Source of the DNA: an uncultured Gammaproteobacteria bacterium
Lineage (GTDB): Bacteria > Patescibacteriota > Patescibacteriia > JAHIZJ01
Assembly: GCA_964371245.1 (NCBI GenBank)
Contig: CAYJKP010000001.1
Coordinates: forward strand, 507,042 to 571,041
Length of the DNA: 64,000 nucleotides
Reading direction: 5' to 3'
This document shows positions 9,370 through 19,197 of the stretch, piece after piece. The position numbers and the translations under genes are program-made. Under the pieces are notes generated by a model. It did not search any database, had not been told where the DNA came from, and worked only from the letters and a program-made list of their open reading frames with translations. The first letter of the stretch is position 1; the number at the start of each line of letters is the position of its first letter.

Positions 9370-10218
9370 TTAGACCGGTATAATATTACTCTTATTGAGA
9401 TTATCAGTTATCACAAAAAGGTCAATCTTTGTGGCGGCGGTGAGGTCTTGGGTAAAACGAATGTCAATCGGACGCGTTTCGTGAAGCGCCAAATCTTGGA
9501 GCGTCGTGATGCTGACCGCGATCGGTTTGTTACCCTGCGATATTACCACGACGAGCTCTAGCGAGCGGAAACCGAACAAACTTAAATTCGTGAGCTTCCC
9601 GGTCACTCGGTGCTTGGTATATTGATCGCTTAAATCCTCGAGCAAGACATTGTCAGTCCGAAATTCAGGCAATAAATAATTTTCCGGATTATCGAGCATT
9701 TGCCAATCGGCGTTTCCAAATTGGACCGTGCTTTTCTCCGTTTCGCTCGCATCCGGGTCAGTGGTATGGAAGTTTCTGGTGACAATCACCCGCTCTTCAC
9801 CGGGCAAGAGATAGGTCGTCGCCGTGCTTGACTTCTGTCCGGCAAAAACCACCGAATATTCTATCGACCGAGCGTACCATTGTTCGTTTGGGTTTTTCAC
9901 CCAGGTAATCACGTCGTAGATACCAGAACCGGCCGGGACTACTTTTGATTCGCTGACGACGACGTTTTTGGGCGCAATCACTACTCGGGCTTTTGACCAA
10001 TTGACAGATTGATCAATCATTTGTTGCGGCCATGTTTTTGCCGCCGGTAAATAGGCCAGGTAGCTGATGATCGGATAAAACACTTTGAAGTAGATGAAGA
10101 CGTTCGCGACCAGCAACAAAATAATCAATCCACGACGGATGAATTTTTTTGACGTTAAATACCAGTAACTGAATTTAAGTTGTTTATCGGTGATATCTTG
10201 GGTTTCCGGCTGTGGCAT
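9370..10218 (-). CDS. Hypothetical membrane-anchored extracytoplasmic protein upstream of ftsW
   Basis: 282 aa with one N-terminal TM helix after a basic stretch. No recognizable motif; co-oriented with ftsW. Confidence 0.4.
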   Translation of the reverse strand: MPQPETQDITDKQLKFSYWYLTSKKFIRRGLIILLLVANVFIYFKVFYPIISYLAYLPAAKTWPQQMIDQSVNWSKARVVIAPKNVVVSESKVVPAGSGIYDVITWVKNPNEQWYARSIEYSVVFAGQKSSTATTYLLPGEERVIVTRNFHTTDPDASETEKSTVQFGNADWQMLDNPENYLLPEFRTDNVLLEDLSDQYTKHRVTGKLTNLSLFGFRSLELVVVISQGNKPIAVSITTLQDLALHETRPIDIRFTQDLTAATKIDLFVITDNLNKSNIIPV

Positions 10219-10344
10219 ATTGACCTTTCGCTATGTTTATAGTGTAGCAAATTTTTTCTTTTTCAACAAACGCGTGTTTATGCTATACTGGGTATGCAAT
10301 TTTTTTTATCACTATCGGCCGATCCGGCCAAAGGGGGTTTTTGT

Positions 10345-10650
10345 ATGTTCGACACCTCGAAAGACATTCTCAATTTGATTATTGCGGCCTGCGTCGCGGT
10401 TTTTACCTTTTTTCTCTGCTACCTCTTGTATTACATTATCTCAATGTTGAAGCAGGCCAATAAAACCGTCACGGAAATCCGACAACGAATTGAGTCATTT
10501 GACGCCTTGCTCGAGTCGGTCAAGGAAAAACTTACACACTCGTCGAATTATCTCGCTCTCCTCGTAAAGAGTATCGTCTCGCTCATGGAATTTGTTAAAG
10601 AACGCAAAGACAAAAAGTCGGCCAAGTCGAAAAAAACCTATACGCCATAA
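10345..10650 (+). CDS. Small membrane-anchored coiled-coil protein (DUF948-like), co-transcribed with dnaE
   Basis: GGGGG-type RBS 8 nt before the ATG. N-terminal TM helix then a helical region. TTCAAC-16-TATACT promoter at ~10262-10289. Confidence 0.4.
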   Translation: MFDTSKDILNLIIAACVAVFTFFLCYLLYYIISMLKQANKTVTEIRQRIESFDALLESVKEKLTHSSNYLALLVKSIVSLMEFVKERKDKKSAKSKKTYTP

Positions 10651-10657
10651 TACACGA

Positions 10658-13600
10658 ATGGATTTTGTCCATCTCCACGTCCACAGTCATTATAGCCTGC
10701 TCGATGGTCTGCCAAAAATTGACGAATTAATCGAGAAGGTTAAAAAGGAGGGTATGACAGCCGTGGCCATCACTGACCACGGTGTTATGTATGGAGCCGT
10801 TGAATTCTACCAAAAAGCCGTCAAAGCCGGCATCAAACCGATCATTGGAATCGAAGCCTACGTCGCCCGATCAAGTCGTTTCGATAAACGCGCGAAAATC
10901 GACGAGCGGCCGTATCATTTAATCTTATTGGCAAAGAATCAAACCGGCTATCAAAATTTGATAAAGCTCACCAGCCTTGCCCACTTGGAAGGTTTTTATC
11001 GGAAACCGCGCGTTGATTTTGAATTATTGGAAAAATATCACGACGGTTTAATCGCGCTTACCGCCTGCCTTCAAGGCGAACTCGCCTGTCATATTGTCGC
11101 GAATAATCTCTCCAAGGCCGAGGAAATGATCCAACGGTACCAAAGCCTCTTCGGCCCAGACAATTTTTATCTCGAAGTCCAGTACCATCCCGGCCTTACC
11201 CATCAGCCGGAAGTCAATGACCGTATTTTTCAATTTAGCGAAAAGTACGGCGTACCAGTCGTAGCTACGAATGACGTACATTATCTCGAGCCGGAAGATG
11301 CCGAGGCGCAGGATATCCTTCTCTGCATCCAGACAAAAGCGAAAAAGTCGGACCAAGAGCGTTTAACCTACTTGCCTAACGACTATTCATTTTTGCCGAC
11401 TGAGCGCGTCAGGGAGTATTTTCACGACCACCCTGAGGTGCTCGAAAATACGGTTAAAGTCGCGGCGCTATGCAATTTTGAATTAGAGCTTGGGAAAATC
11501 ACGTTGCCGCATTTCCCCGTTCCGTCAGGTCATACCGCCGATCAGTTTCTGCGCGATCTTTGCCTTGAGGGATTGAACACGCGCTACGGTCTGAGCGATT
11601 CCTCGAAGCCGAAAGACGAGCGTGAGCGCGCGATCGTTGAGCGCATGGATTTTGAGCTGTCGGTCATTGAGAAAACCGGCTTTGCCTCATATTTCCTGAT
11701 TGTTCAGGACTTTATTAATTGGGCGAAGAATAATTCTATCGTCGTCGGTCCCGGTCGGGGCTCAGCCGCCGGCTCGATTATTTCATATCTTACGAACATA
11801 ACGAATCTAGACCCCCTCACCTATGAACTCCTGTTTGAGCGGTTTCTAAATCCGGAACGCATCTCAATGCCCGATATCGACGTCGATTTTGCCGATGATC
11901 GCCGTGACGAGGTCATCCGCTACGTCGAGCAAAAGTACGGGGCCGATCACGTCGCGCAAATAATAACCTTCGGAACAATGGCGGCGCGGGCGGCCATCCG
12001 CGATGTCGGCCGGGTCATGGGCCTAAGCTATACCTACTGCGATCGCGTGGCCAAACTTATTCCCATGTTTTCATCCCTGACAGACGCCATAACCAACGTA
12101 TCCGAATTGAGGGAAATATATGCGAATGATGAGGAGGGTAAAAACCTCCTGGATAACGCAAAGAAACTAGAGGGCGTGGCCCGCCACGCTTCAACTCATG
12201 CCTGCGGCGTCGTCATCACGAAAGACGCACTCGATCATTATTTACCGATTCAATACGCCAGCCAAGACGACCGAACCATCATCTCGCAATATTCCCTTCA
12301 CCCGATTGAAGATCTCGGTTTGTTGAAAATGGATTTTCTCGGCTTAAAAAACCTTACCATTTTACAGCAGGCGATCCGCATCATCGAAAAAACGCGCGGC
12401 CAAGACATCAATCTTGATACGATTCCGCTTACTGACAAAAAAACATTTCGCCTGCTGCAGCGAGCCGAAACAACCGGCGTCTTTCAGTTGGAAAGTTCGG
12501 GCATGAAACGGTATCTGCGACAACTCCAGCCGACCGAGCTCGAAGATATCATCGCCATGGTTTCACTCTACCGGCCGGGTCCGATGGAGCTGATCCCCGA
12601 TTTTATCGCTGGCAAACACGGCCTGAAAAAAACCCACTACCTCCACCCCAAGCTCCAGCCGATTCTCGAAAAAACGCATGGCGTCGCCGTGTACCAGGAA
12701 CAGATCATGCAAATCGCCCAGTCGCTGGCTGGGTTTACCTTGGCCGAGGCTGATGTTCTGCGGAAAGCGGTCGGTAAAAAAATCGCCAAGCTTCTCAATG
12801 AGCAGCGCGAAAAATTCATCACCGGTTGCGTTACTAATAAAATTTCCAGAGAAACAGCTGATCGCATATTTCAATTTATCGAGCCCTTTGCCCGGTATGG
12901 GTTCAACCGCTCGCACGGCGCGTGTTATGCCCTGATTGCCTATCAAACTGCCTATTTCAAGGCGAATTACACGGAAGAATTTATGGCCGCATTATTAACC
13001 TCTGATCAGGAAAATATTGACCGCATTTCGGTTGAGGTTGCCGAGTGCGAACGTCTCGGCATCCAAGTGCTCCCACCAGATATAAATGAAAGTTTTGACA
13101 CGTTCACGGTCGTGACGAACCAGTCGCCCGAACACAAGCCGACGATTCGGTTTGGCCTTCGCGCGATAAAGAATCTCGGCACGAATATTGTTGAAACGAT
13201 TATTAAAGAACGCAAGGCCAAGGGTCCGTACGCCACGCTGGAAGATTTCCTCAGTCGGGTGCACACCAAGGATTTAAATAAGAAATCGCTGGAAAGCCTC
13301 ATAAAATGCGGCGCGGTTGATCGCTACGGCGAGCGCAACCTTCTCCTGCAAAATGCCGAGGTCTTACTCACCTACGCCAAATCCGCTGAAAAGGAAAGCG
13401 TCAACGGACAAACGAGCTTCTTTCGCTTTGCCCCGATCCACGATTCGCCGAAATTAAAACTCCGCCCGATTGAGCCGGCTCCAAAAGAACAACGCCTCGC
13501 CTGGGAAAAATCGCTGCTGGGACTCTATATCACCGAACATCCGTTTGCCGATTATTACGAGAAGATACAAAGTCACATAACCTTGATACGAGATTTAAAA

Positions 13601-14155
13601 GAGATCCGGGGTCGCCAAAAAGTGAAGTTTGGAGGTATAATTACGAATATCCAGCGCGTCTTGACCCGAAATCATGACACGATGCTGTTTGTCCGGCTGG
13701 AAGATACGAGCGGGATGGCTGAGGTCTTGGTTTTTCCGAGCATCCTACAAAATAATCCAGAAATCTGGCAGGAAGACAACATCGTGGTGCTGACTGGACG
13801 GCCATCCGACAAAGACGACGAACGGAAAATAATCGCTGACGAAGGTCGAACCATAACGCTTGATAATGCCGTCGAGGTCGTCCAGCAATTGACGGCCTTC
13901 TCCACCTCGGGACAATATGCTGCTCCAAAACAAAAAAATATTTACATTACCGTGCCGGCAGCCGTCCAGCCGGAAACGTACAATCAGTTAAAAAACGCGT
14001 TATCGAAGTATCCCGGAACCACGGACGTTTATCTCATCCTGCCTGGTAAAACGGGACAACGCATCGTCAAAACGCGCGTTCAAGCGCAGCTGACTGAGCC
14101 GCTGTCAAATGAAATCGCCTCCTTACTGGGCAATAACAGCGTTACTCTTCGTTAA
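10658..14155 (+). CDS. dnaE: DNA polymerase III alpha subunit
   Basis: PHP domain start MDFVHLHVHSHYSLLDG and polymerase core motifs. 1165 aa from an internal ATG of ORF 10592. Confidence 0.9.
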   Translation: MDFVHLHVHSHYSLLDGLPKIDELIEKVKKEGMTAVAITDHGVMYGAVEFYQKAVKAGIKPIIGIEAYVARSSRFDKRAKIDERPYHLILLAKNQTGYQNLIKLTSLAHLEGFYRKPRVDFELLEKYHDGLIALTACLQGELACHIVANNLSKAEEMIQRYQSLFGPDNFYLEVQYHPGLTHQPEVNDRIFQFSEKYGVPVVATNDVHYLEPEDAEAQDILLCIQTKAKKSDQERLTYLPNDYSFLPTERVREYFHDHPEVLENTVKVAALCNFELELGKITLPHFPVPSGHTADQFLRDLCLEGLNTRYGLSDSSKPKDERERAIVERMDFELSVIEKTGFASYFLIVQDFINWAKNNSIVVGPGRGSAAGSIISYLTNITNLDPLTYELLFERFLNPERISMPDIDVDFADDRRDEVIRYVEQKYGADHVAQIITFGTMAARAAIRDVGRVMGLSYTYCDRVAKLIPMFSSLTDAITNVSELREIYANDEEGKNLLDNAKKLEGVARHASTHACGVVITKDALDHYLPIQYASQDDRTIISQYSLHPIEDLGLLKMDFLGLKNLTILQQAIRIIEKTRGQDINLDTIPLTDKKTFRLLQRAETTGVFQLESSGMKRYLRQLQPTELEDIIAMVSLYRPGPMELIPDFIAGKHGLKKTHYLHPKLQPILEKTHGVAVYQEQIMQIAQSLAGFTLAEADVLRKAVGKKIAKLLNEQREKFITGCVTNKISRETADRIFQFIEPFARYGFNRSHGACYALIAYQTAYFKANYTEEFMAALLTSDQENIDRISVEVAECERLGIQVLPPDINESFDTFTVVTNQSPEHKPTIRFGLRAIKNLGTNIVETIIKERKAKGPYATLEDFLSRVHTKDLNKKSLESLIKCGAVDRYGERNLLLQNAEVLLTYAKSAEKESVNGQTSFFRFAPIHDSPKLKLRPIEPAPKEQRLAWEKSLLGLYITEHPFADYYEKIQSHITLIRDLKEIRGRQKVKFGGIITNIQRVLTRNHDTMLFVRLEDTSGMAEVLVFPSILQNNPEIWQEDNIVVLTGRPSDKDDERKIIADEGRTITLDNAVEVVQQLTAFSTSGQYAAPKQKNIYITVPAAVQPETYNQLKNALSKYPGTTDVYLILPGKTGQRIVKTRVQAQLTEPLSNEIASLLGNNSVTLR

Positions 14156-14163
14156 ATACCACC

Positions 14164-15324
14164 ATGCCAAAACGCGAGACTATTCACCGAACGAAAATCC
14201 AGCGATCGTATCGGACCATCGTGGTCGTATTCTTTATCGTCGCCATCCTGCTGGTCACCAGCATCGCCTATTTCTCATTTTCAAAAACCACCATTTCAGT
14301 CGTGGCTAAACCCGATCCGTATTCTACCACGATTACTTTTTCAATCGTTCAAAAAACTGAGCCTGAATCATTAAGCGATCAAACGGTGTTAGCGGGGGTT
14401 GTGCTTGAAACAACCCAAGAGGTCCAAAAAGAATTCCAAGCCCAAACTCAAAAGGACACGGTGCCAGCGAAAGCCACCGGCAGCGTCGTCATCTACAACA
14501 AGCAGAGTAAAGCCCAGCCGTTGGTTGCCGGAACGCGCTTGCTCTCGCCCGAGAATATACTTTTCCGGACCGATACGCGCGTTGATGTGCCGGCGAACGG
14601 CCAAGTCGAAGTGACCGTCACTGCCGATCAGCCTGGAAAAACAGGCGAACTCGGTGCCACCCACTTCACGCTGCCCGCGCTCTGGCCGGGACAGCAGGAT
14701 AAAGTCTATGCTGAGAATGCTGAACCGATGACCGGCGGCACGCGCAATACGACCGTCGCCACGCGTGAGGAAATCGCCAAAGCGAAACGTGAAACATTCG
14801 ATGAGTGCTATGCCAAAGCCCTCGACGTCATGGACACGGAACTAAAAAAACGAAACGCCGATTATACGATCCGGGCTTCGAAAAAGGAAGTGATCAGTGA
14901 GCTGTCATCGGTTGAGCCGGAAACAGCGACCACAACATATACGATTACTACAAAAATCCATGTGATCGGGGTGAGTTACGATGAACAAAACGCCAACGCT
15001 CAGGCCCTGAAACAGTCCCAAAACAAAGTATCATCAAACGCGACTTTCATCCTCTCGACTGATACACCCTATCGTTCCGAGGTTGACCAATACGATATGA
15101 CAAATCAGAGCGCGAATTTACGGGTAACTGTCTCCGGCTCGACGATCGTAAATCTCTCGCATGACATGTTTGATCGGAAAAAACTGATGAATATGGATCG
15201 CGAGGAGGTCGAACGGTACTTTGCCCAGTATCCCGAGATTGAATCCGTGGAAGTCCATTTTTCACCGTTTTGGCTGTTTCGCACGCCGTCGCTCGCCGAC
15301 CATATCGATGTTAAATTGCAATAA
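14164..15324 (+). CDS. Hypothetical membrane-anchored extracellular protein
   Basis: 386 aa with an N-terminal TM helix and a T/S/Q-rich beta-like region. No recognizable catalytic motif. Confidence 0.4.
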   Translation: MPKRETIHRTKIQRSYRTIVVVFFIVAILLVTSIAYFSFSKTTISVVAKPDPYSTTITFSIVQKTEPESLSDQTVLAGVVLETTQEVQKEFQAQTQKDTVPAKATGSVVIYNKQSKAQPLVAGTRLLSPENILFRTDTRVDVPANGQVEVTVTADQPGKTGELGATHFTLPALWPGQQDKVYAENAEPMTGGTRNTTVATREEIAKAKRETFDECYAKALDVMDTELKKRNADYTIRASKKEVISELSSVEPETATTTYTITTKIHVIGVSYDEQNANAQALKQSQNKVSSNATFILSTDTPYRSEVDQYDMTNQSANLRVTVSGSTIVNLSHDMFDRKKLMNMDREEVERYFAQYPEIESVEVHFSPFWLFRTPSLADHIDVKLQ

Positions 15325-15330
15325 GGATTC

Positions 15331-15359
15331 TTGACAGATCTGGGCTCTTTTTCTACTAT
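15331..15359 (+). promoter_or_regulatory. Sigma70-like promoter TTGACA-17-TACTAT for the thrS leader
   Basis: Consensus -35, a 17-nt spacer and a -10 directly upstream of the structured leader. Confidence 0.5.
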
Positions 15360-15365
15360 GTCAAT

Positions 15366-15530
15366 ACCGGGCGATTGACTAGGCTACCAACCTAGTTAGG
15401 ACTTCCTAGCCTTCACTGGCCTAAGCCAAGACAATTCAACGAGCGGTCGGTCAGCTGACCGGCAATTTGGGTGGAACCGCCCACGAAATATTGGGTCCCA
15501 ATCAGCGCATTGTTTGGGATTTTTATTTTC
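15366..15530 (+). promoter_or_regulatory. T-box-like riboswitch leader of thrS
   Basis: Conserved T-box core AATTTGGGTGGAACCGCC at ~15463-15484. An upstream hairpin CTAGG-CTACCAA-CCTAG presents the threonine codon ACC followed by A in its loop. A downstream intrinsic terminator follows. Confidence 0.5.
15496..15529 (+). terminator. Intrinsic terminator of the thrS leader (attenuator)
   Basis: Stem TCCCAA/TTGGGA with a 12-nt loop followed by TTTTTATTTT, sitting between the T-box core and the thrS start. Confidence 0.45.
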
Positions 15531-15543
15531 TATTAATACACGT

Positions 15544-17283
15544 ATGAAACCAAGCCAACTTGAAAAGATCCGCCATTCCCTGTCTCATCTTTTAGCTATG
15601 GCCGTACTCGAAAAATTTCCTCAAGCGAAACTGGCCATTGGCCCGACGATCGAGAATGGGTTTTATTACGATTTCGATCTTATGGAGAAAATAAATACCG
15701 AGGTGTTGCCCGCGCTTGAAAAAAAGATGAAGGCGCTGATAAAACAGAACCTCGAACTTGTCCAATCAATTGAAACGCCAGAGACAGCGAAAAAAATGAT
15801 GGCGTATCAGCCCTATAAAATTGAGCTGATCGAGGAGTTAATTAAAGGAAAATCTGACTTATCTTTCTACCGCTCGGGCAATTTTATTGATCTGTGCAGC
15901 GGTCCTCATGTGGCCACGACAAAAGAAATCAATTCTGACTCTTTTAAACTCATTTCGGTCGCTGGTGCCTACTGGCGCGGCGATGAGAAAAAACAACAGC
16001 TTCAGAGGATTTACGGCGTGGCATTTGCGACGAAAGCGGAGCTTGATGCGTATCTGGCCCAGCAGGCTGAGGCACTCAAACGTGATCACCGCAAGATCGG
16101 ACAAGAATTGGATTTATTTACCATCTCACCGTTGGTCGGCTCCGGCCTGCCCATGTATACGCCTCGTGGTGTTGTTATGTTCCGGGCGATAACCGGTTTA
16201 TTGAATGAACTGGAAACAGCGTATGGTTATGAGTTCGTCGATATCCCCCACCTCGGGAAAATTGACTTGTATAAGACATCAGGCCACTGGGACAAATACA
16301 AAGACTCCATTTTTACGGTGAAAGGCCATGGTGAAGATTTCGTGCTCAAACCGATGAACTGCCCGCACCACATGCAGATTTACGCCTCCCGGCCGCGCAG
16401 TTGGCGGGATTTACCGGTACGATATTCCGAGGTCACGAAGCAATATCGCGACGAAAAGGCTGGCGAGCTGCTGGGATTGTCCCGGGTACGTTCGATTTCA
16501 ATCGACGACAACCATATTTTCTGCCGTCCGGACCAGCTCCAGGATGAAATGGAGCACGCCTATCAGATCATCAAGAAATTCAGCGGTGTCTTCGGCTTTG
16601 AACACATGATCCGGTTGTCCATCCGCGACCCGAAGAAAAAGGCCAGTTATTTGGGTGACGATGCCACCTGGGCAAAAGCCGAAAAGGAGCTGGTAAAGCT
16701 ACTCGACCGGTTAGGCGAAAAATACGTTATTGGTGAAGGCGAAGCGTCGTTTTATGCCCCGAAGATCGATTTCATCCAGAAGGATTCCCTGGGCCGGTCG
16801 TGGCAGCTCTCGACGATCCAGCTTGATTTTGTCGAGCCTGAACGCTTCAACCTCGAATACGCAGACGACAAAGGCAATAAAACCCGGCCAGCCATTCTTC
16901 ATATTGCCGTGGCCGGATCCCTGGAACGATTCTTGTCCATCATGATCGAGCACTACGCCGGCGCCTTCCCGGTCTGGCTGTCTCCGGTTCAAGTCCAGCT
17001 CATTCCCGTCGGGTCGCGCCATGAGGCTGCCTGCCAGAAGCTCGCGCGCGAGTTCACAACGCTGGGCATACGAACCAATGTCGATGTACTGAACGAAACA
17101 GTGGGAAATAAGATACGCAAGGCTCTGAAAACGAAGGTGCCCTATCTTCTCGTGATCGGCGACAAAGAAGAAAAATCGACAAAGCTGCATATTCGCAAAC
17201 GTGGTGATGATACAGTTCATCTTCAATCGAAAAAACAGTTTACCGCGCAGCTACTCAAAGAAATTGCGGAGCGCCTGACGTAG
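15544..17283 (+). CDS. thrS: Threonine--tRNA ligase (short form without N-terminal TGS domain)
   Basis: Begins at the editing-domain-like region (HSLSHLLAMAV...GFYYDFD). Class II motifs and an anticodon-binding domain are present. 580 aa. Confidence 0.9.
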   Translation: MKPSQLEKIRHSLSHLLAMAVLEKFPQAKLAIGPTIENGFYYDFDLMEKINTEVLPALEKKMKALIKQNLELVQSIETPETAKKMMAYQPYKIELIEELIKGKSDLSFYRSGNFIDLCSGPHVATTKEINSDSFKLISVAGAYWRGDEKKQQLQRIYGVAFATKAELDAYLAQQAEALKRDHRKIGQELDLFTISPLVGSGLPMYTPRGVVMFRAITGLLNELETAYGYEFVDIPHLGKIDLYKTSGHWDKYKDSIFTVKGHGEDFVLKPMNCPHHMQIYASRPRSWRDLPVRYSEVTKQYRDEKAGELLGLSRVRSISIDDNHIFCRPDQLQDEMEHAYQIIKKFSGVFGFEHMIRLSIRDPKKKASYLGDDATWAKAEKELVKLLDRLGEKYVIGEGEASFYAPKIDFIQKDSLGRSWQLSTIQLDFVEPERFNLEYADDKGNKTRPAILHIAVAGSLERFLSIMIEHYAGAFPVWLSPVQVQLIPVGSRHEAACQKLAREFTTLGIRTNVDVLNETVGNKIRKALKTKVPYLLVIGDKEEKSTKLHIRKRGDDTVHLQSKKQFTAQLLKEIAERLT

Positions 17284-17378
17284 TCACAATCATCATTGAC
17301 AAAGTACCGCGCCTTGCTACCATAGGGGCACGCATCTCGCAACACGTCCACCTCGCCAGTAGAAGGAGGTGAACATCA

Positions 17379-17771
17379 GTGTCACCAGTAAAAAGCCGCG
17401 TTTCCTACCGTACCGATCTGTCCAAACTGCTTAAGGCTGCAAACGTCGATCTCGGGTGGCTGTATGCCCGGATTGACGCCAACGCACAGGGACGGATCAG
17501 TGCCAGACTCTCGCATCCGGCTTTTGGCCAGCCTGAGGAGCTGAGCCAAAACGGGTACCCGGCTGAACATGTCGCACAAGCTGAACGAACGGCCGAGATC
17601 ATTCTCCAAGAATCGGCGCGCTACATCATTTCTCTATTTGAAGAGACCAAACGGACCTGGGTCGAAAAGCCAGCCATGGAGGGGTTACATGAGGCGGAGG
17701 AATCTTCCGATCAGACGTCAGCACGGTCACAGACCGATTCGAGCCAACAGCAGTTGGGCGAGGTTGCCTAA
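17379..17771 (+). CDS. Hypothetical acidic protein (GTG start, strong SD), GC-richer than the backbone
   Basis: AGGAGG 9 nt upstream of a GTG start. 130 aa, acidic C-terminus. Followed by an intrinsic terminator. Confidence 0.45.
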   Translation: MSPVKSRVSYRTDLSKLLKAANVDLGWLYARIDANAQGRISARLSHPAFGQPEELSQNGYPAEHVAQAERTAEIILQESARYIISLFEETKRTWVEKPAMEGLHEAEESSDQTSARSQTDSSQQQLGEVA

Positions 17772-17777
17772 GAGATG

Positions 17778-17816
17778 CCCCCCTTTGTTTGGCCAACGAG
17801 CAAAGGGGTTCTTCTT
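17778..17816 (+). terminator. Rho-independent terminator
   Basis: Stem CCCCTTTG/CAAAGGGG with a 13-nt loop followed by TTCTTCTT. Confidence 0.5.
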
Positions 17817-17832
17817 ATAAGATTTCTTGCTT

Positions 17833-19197
17833 ATGAAATATTTTCTTCAAGTCTTTGGCTGTCAGATGAATCTTTCCGACGCCGAACGACTGCGGACCGT
17901 GCTTGAACGATCCGGCTACACCGCGACGGCAAATGAAAACAACGCCGACCTGATCGCCGTTGTTGCCTGTGCCGTTCGCCAATCGCCCGTTGACCGAATC
18001 TACGGCCGCGCCCGTCGCTGGCAGGAATGGAAAAAGAATAAACCGCTTATAACCGTGCTGACGGGTTGCGTTTTGAATTACGATCAGAAAAAACTTACCG
18101 GTGTTTTTGATTACCTTTTTCCAATCACTGATTTGGATGCTTTTGCTCTAACCCTAGCCGGGCAAACACCTGCTCACCAAGATGGGGGCAATCCGGCCGA
18201 TTATTTCTTTACACCACCAAAACATACCTCTGTCTTCCAGGCGTATGTTCCAATCTCGATCGGTTGTAATAAATTTTGCAGCTATTGTGCCGTCCCCTAC
18301 ACGCGCGGCCGCGAAACATCGCGCGATCCAAAGGACATCATCAATGAAATTTCAGAATTGATCCGGGCGGGATATAAAGAAATAACGCTCCTGGGACAAA
18401 ATGTTAATTCATACGGGAACGATTTTGAAGGCGTTGCGCTGAATCTTCCGGGCCGGACCGTCCATAAATATCAACGCGGCCACGATGGTCAACTTGAAAT
18501 TGCGAAGCGTTCGGTTTCGCAGCCGATGAATTTCCCCTGCTTACTCCAAACAATTGCTCAACTGCCTGGGCAATTTTGGTTGCGTTTTATTACGAGCCAT
18601 CCGTATGATCTTAGCGATGAGCTCATTTCTGTCATCGCTCAGGAAAAAAAGGTCACGCCCTACCTCCATTTGCCCATTCAATCCGGGAGCGACCGCGTTT
18701 TGCGTCGGATGAATCGTTTGTACTCGATTGAACAATATCGTGAACGCGTTAAAAAAATCCGTTCACTCATTCCGGCCGTTGTCTTGACGACCGATATTAT
18801 CGTTGGTTTTCCCGGTGAGACCGCTGATGATTTTCAAAAAACCTGCCTGGCGGTTCAAGAATTTAATTACGACTTGGCATATATTGCCCAATATTCGCCC
18901 CGACCCGGTACAAAATCCGCTGAGTTCCGCGATGATGTCCCGCGTTTTGAAAAGAAAAAACGCGAACAAAAAGTTAACGATATTTTGCGTCAGGTGGCGG
19001 CCCAACAGAACCTACGATTAGTAAACACCGAATCTGAGGTCCTCTTTGATCGATATAAAAACGGCTTTGCCTATGGAAAAACGTTTAGCGGGAAAAATAT
19101 TCGCGTGAAATCAGCCCACAATCTCGCTGGCACTTTTCGAAATGTTCTCATAACCAAGACCACTGCTTGGCATCTTGAGGGTACACTCCATGACTAA
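17833..19197 (+). CDS. miaB: tRNA-i6A37 methylthiotransferase MiaB (radical SAM)
   Basis: MTTase N-terminal domain with VFGCQMN, radical SAM motif CNKFCSYCAVP and a TRAM-like C-terminus. Confidence 0.85.
   Translation: MKYFLQVFGCQMNLSDAERLRTVLERSGYTATANENNADLIAVVACAVRQSPVDRIYGRARRWQEWKKNKPLITVLTGCVLNYDQKKLTGVFDYLFPITDLDAFALTLAGQTPAHQDGGNPADYFFTPPKHTSVFQAYVPISIGCNKFCSYCAVPYTRGRETSRDPKDIINEISELIRAGYKEITLLGQNVNSYGNDFEGVALNLPGRTVHKYQRGHDGQLEIAKRSVSQPMNFPCLLQTIAQLPGQFWLRFITSHPYDLSDELISVIAQEKKVTPYLHLPIQSGSDRVLRRMNRLYSIEQYRERVKKIRSLIPAVVLTTDIIVGFPGETADDFQKTCLAVQEFNYDLAYIAQYSPRPGTKSAEFRDDVPRFEKKKREQKVNDILRQVAAQQNLRLVNTESEVLFDRYKNGFAYGKTFSGKNIRVKSAHNLAGTFRNVLITKTTAWHLEGTLHD

Noticed and set aside
10592-10657. 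Upstream extension of dnaE (MLKNAKTKSRPSRKK...)
   Set aside because: It overlaps the upstream small gene, and the PHP domain begins exactly at the internal ATG (MDFVHLHVHSHYS).
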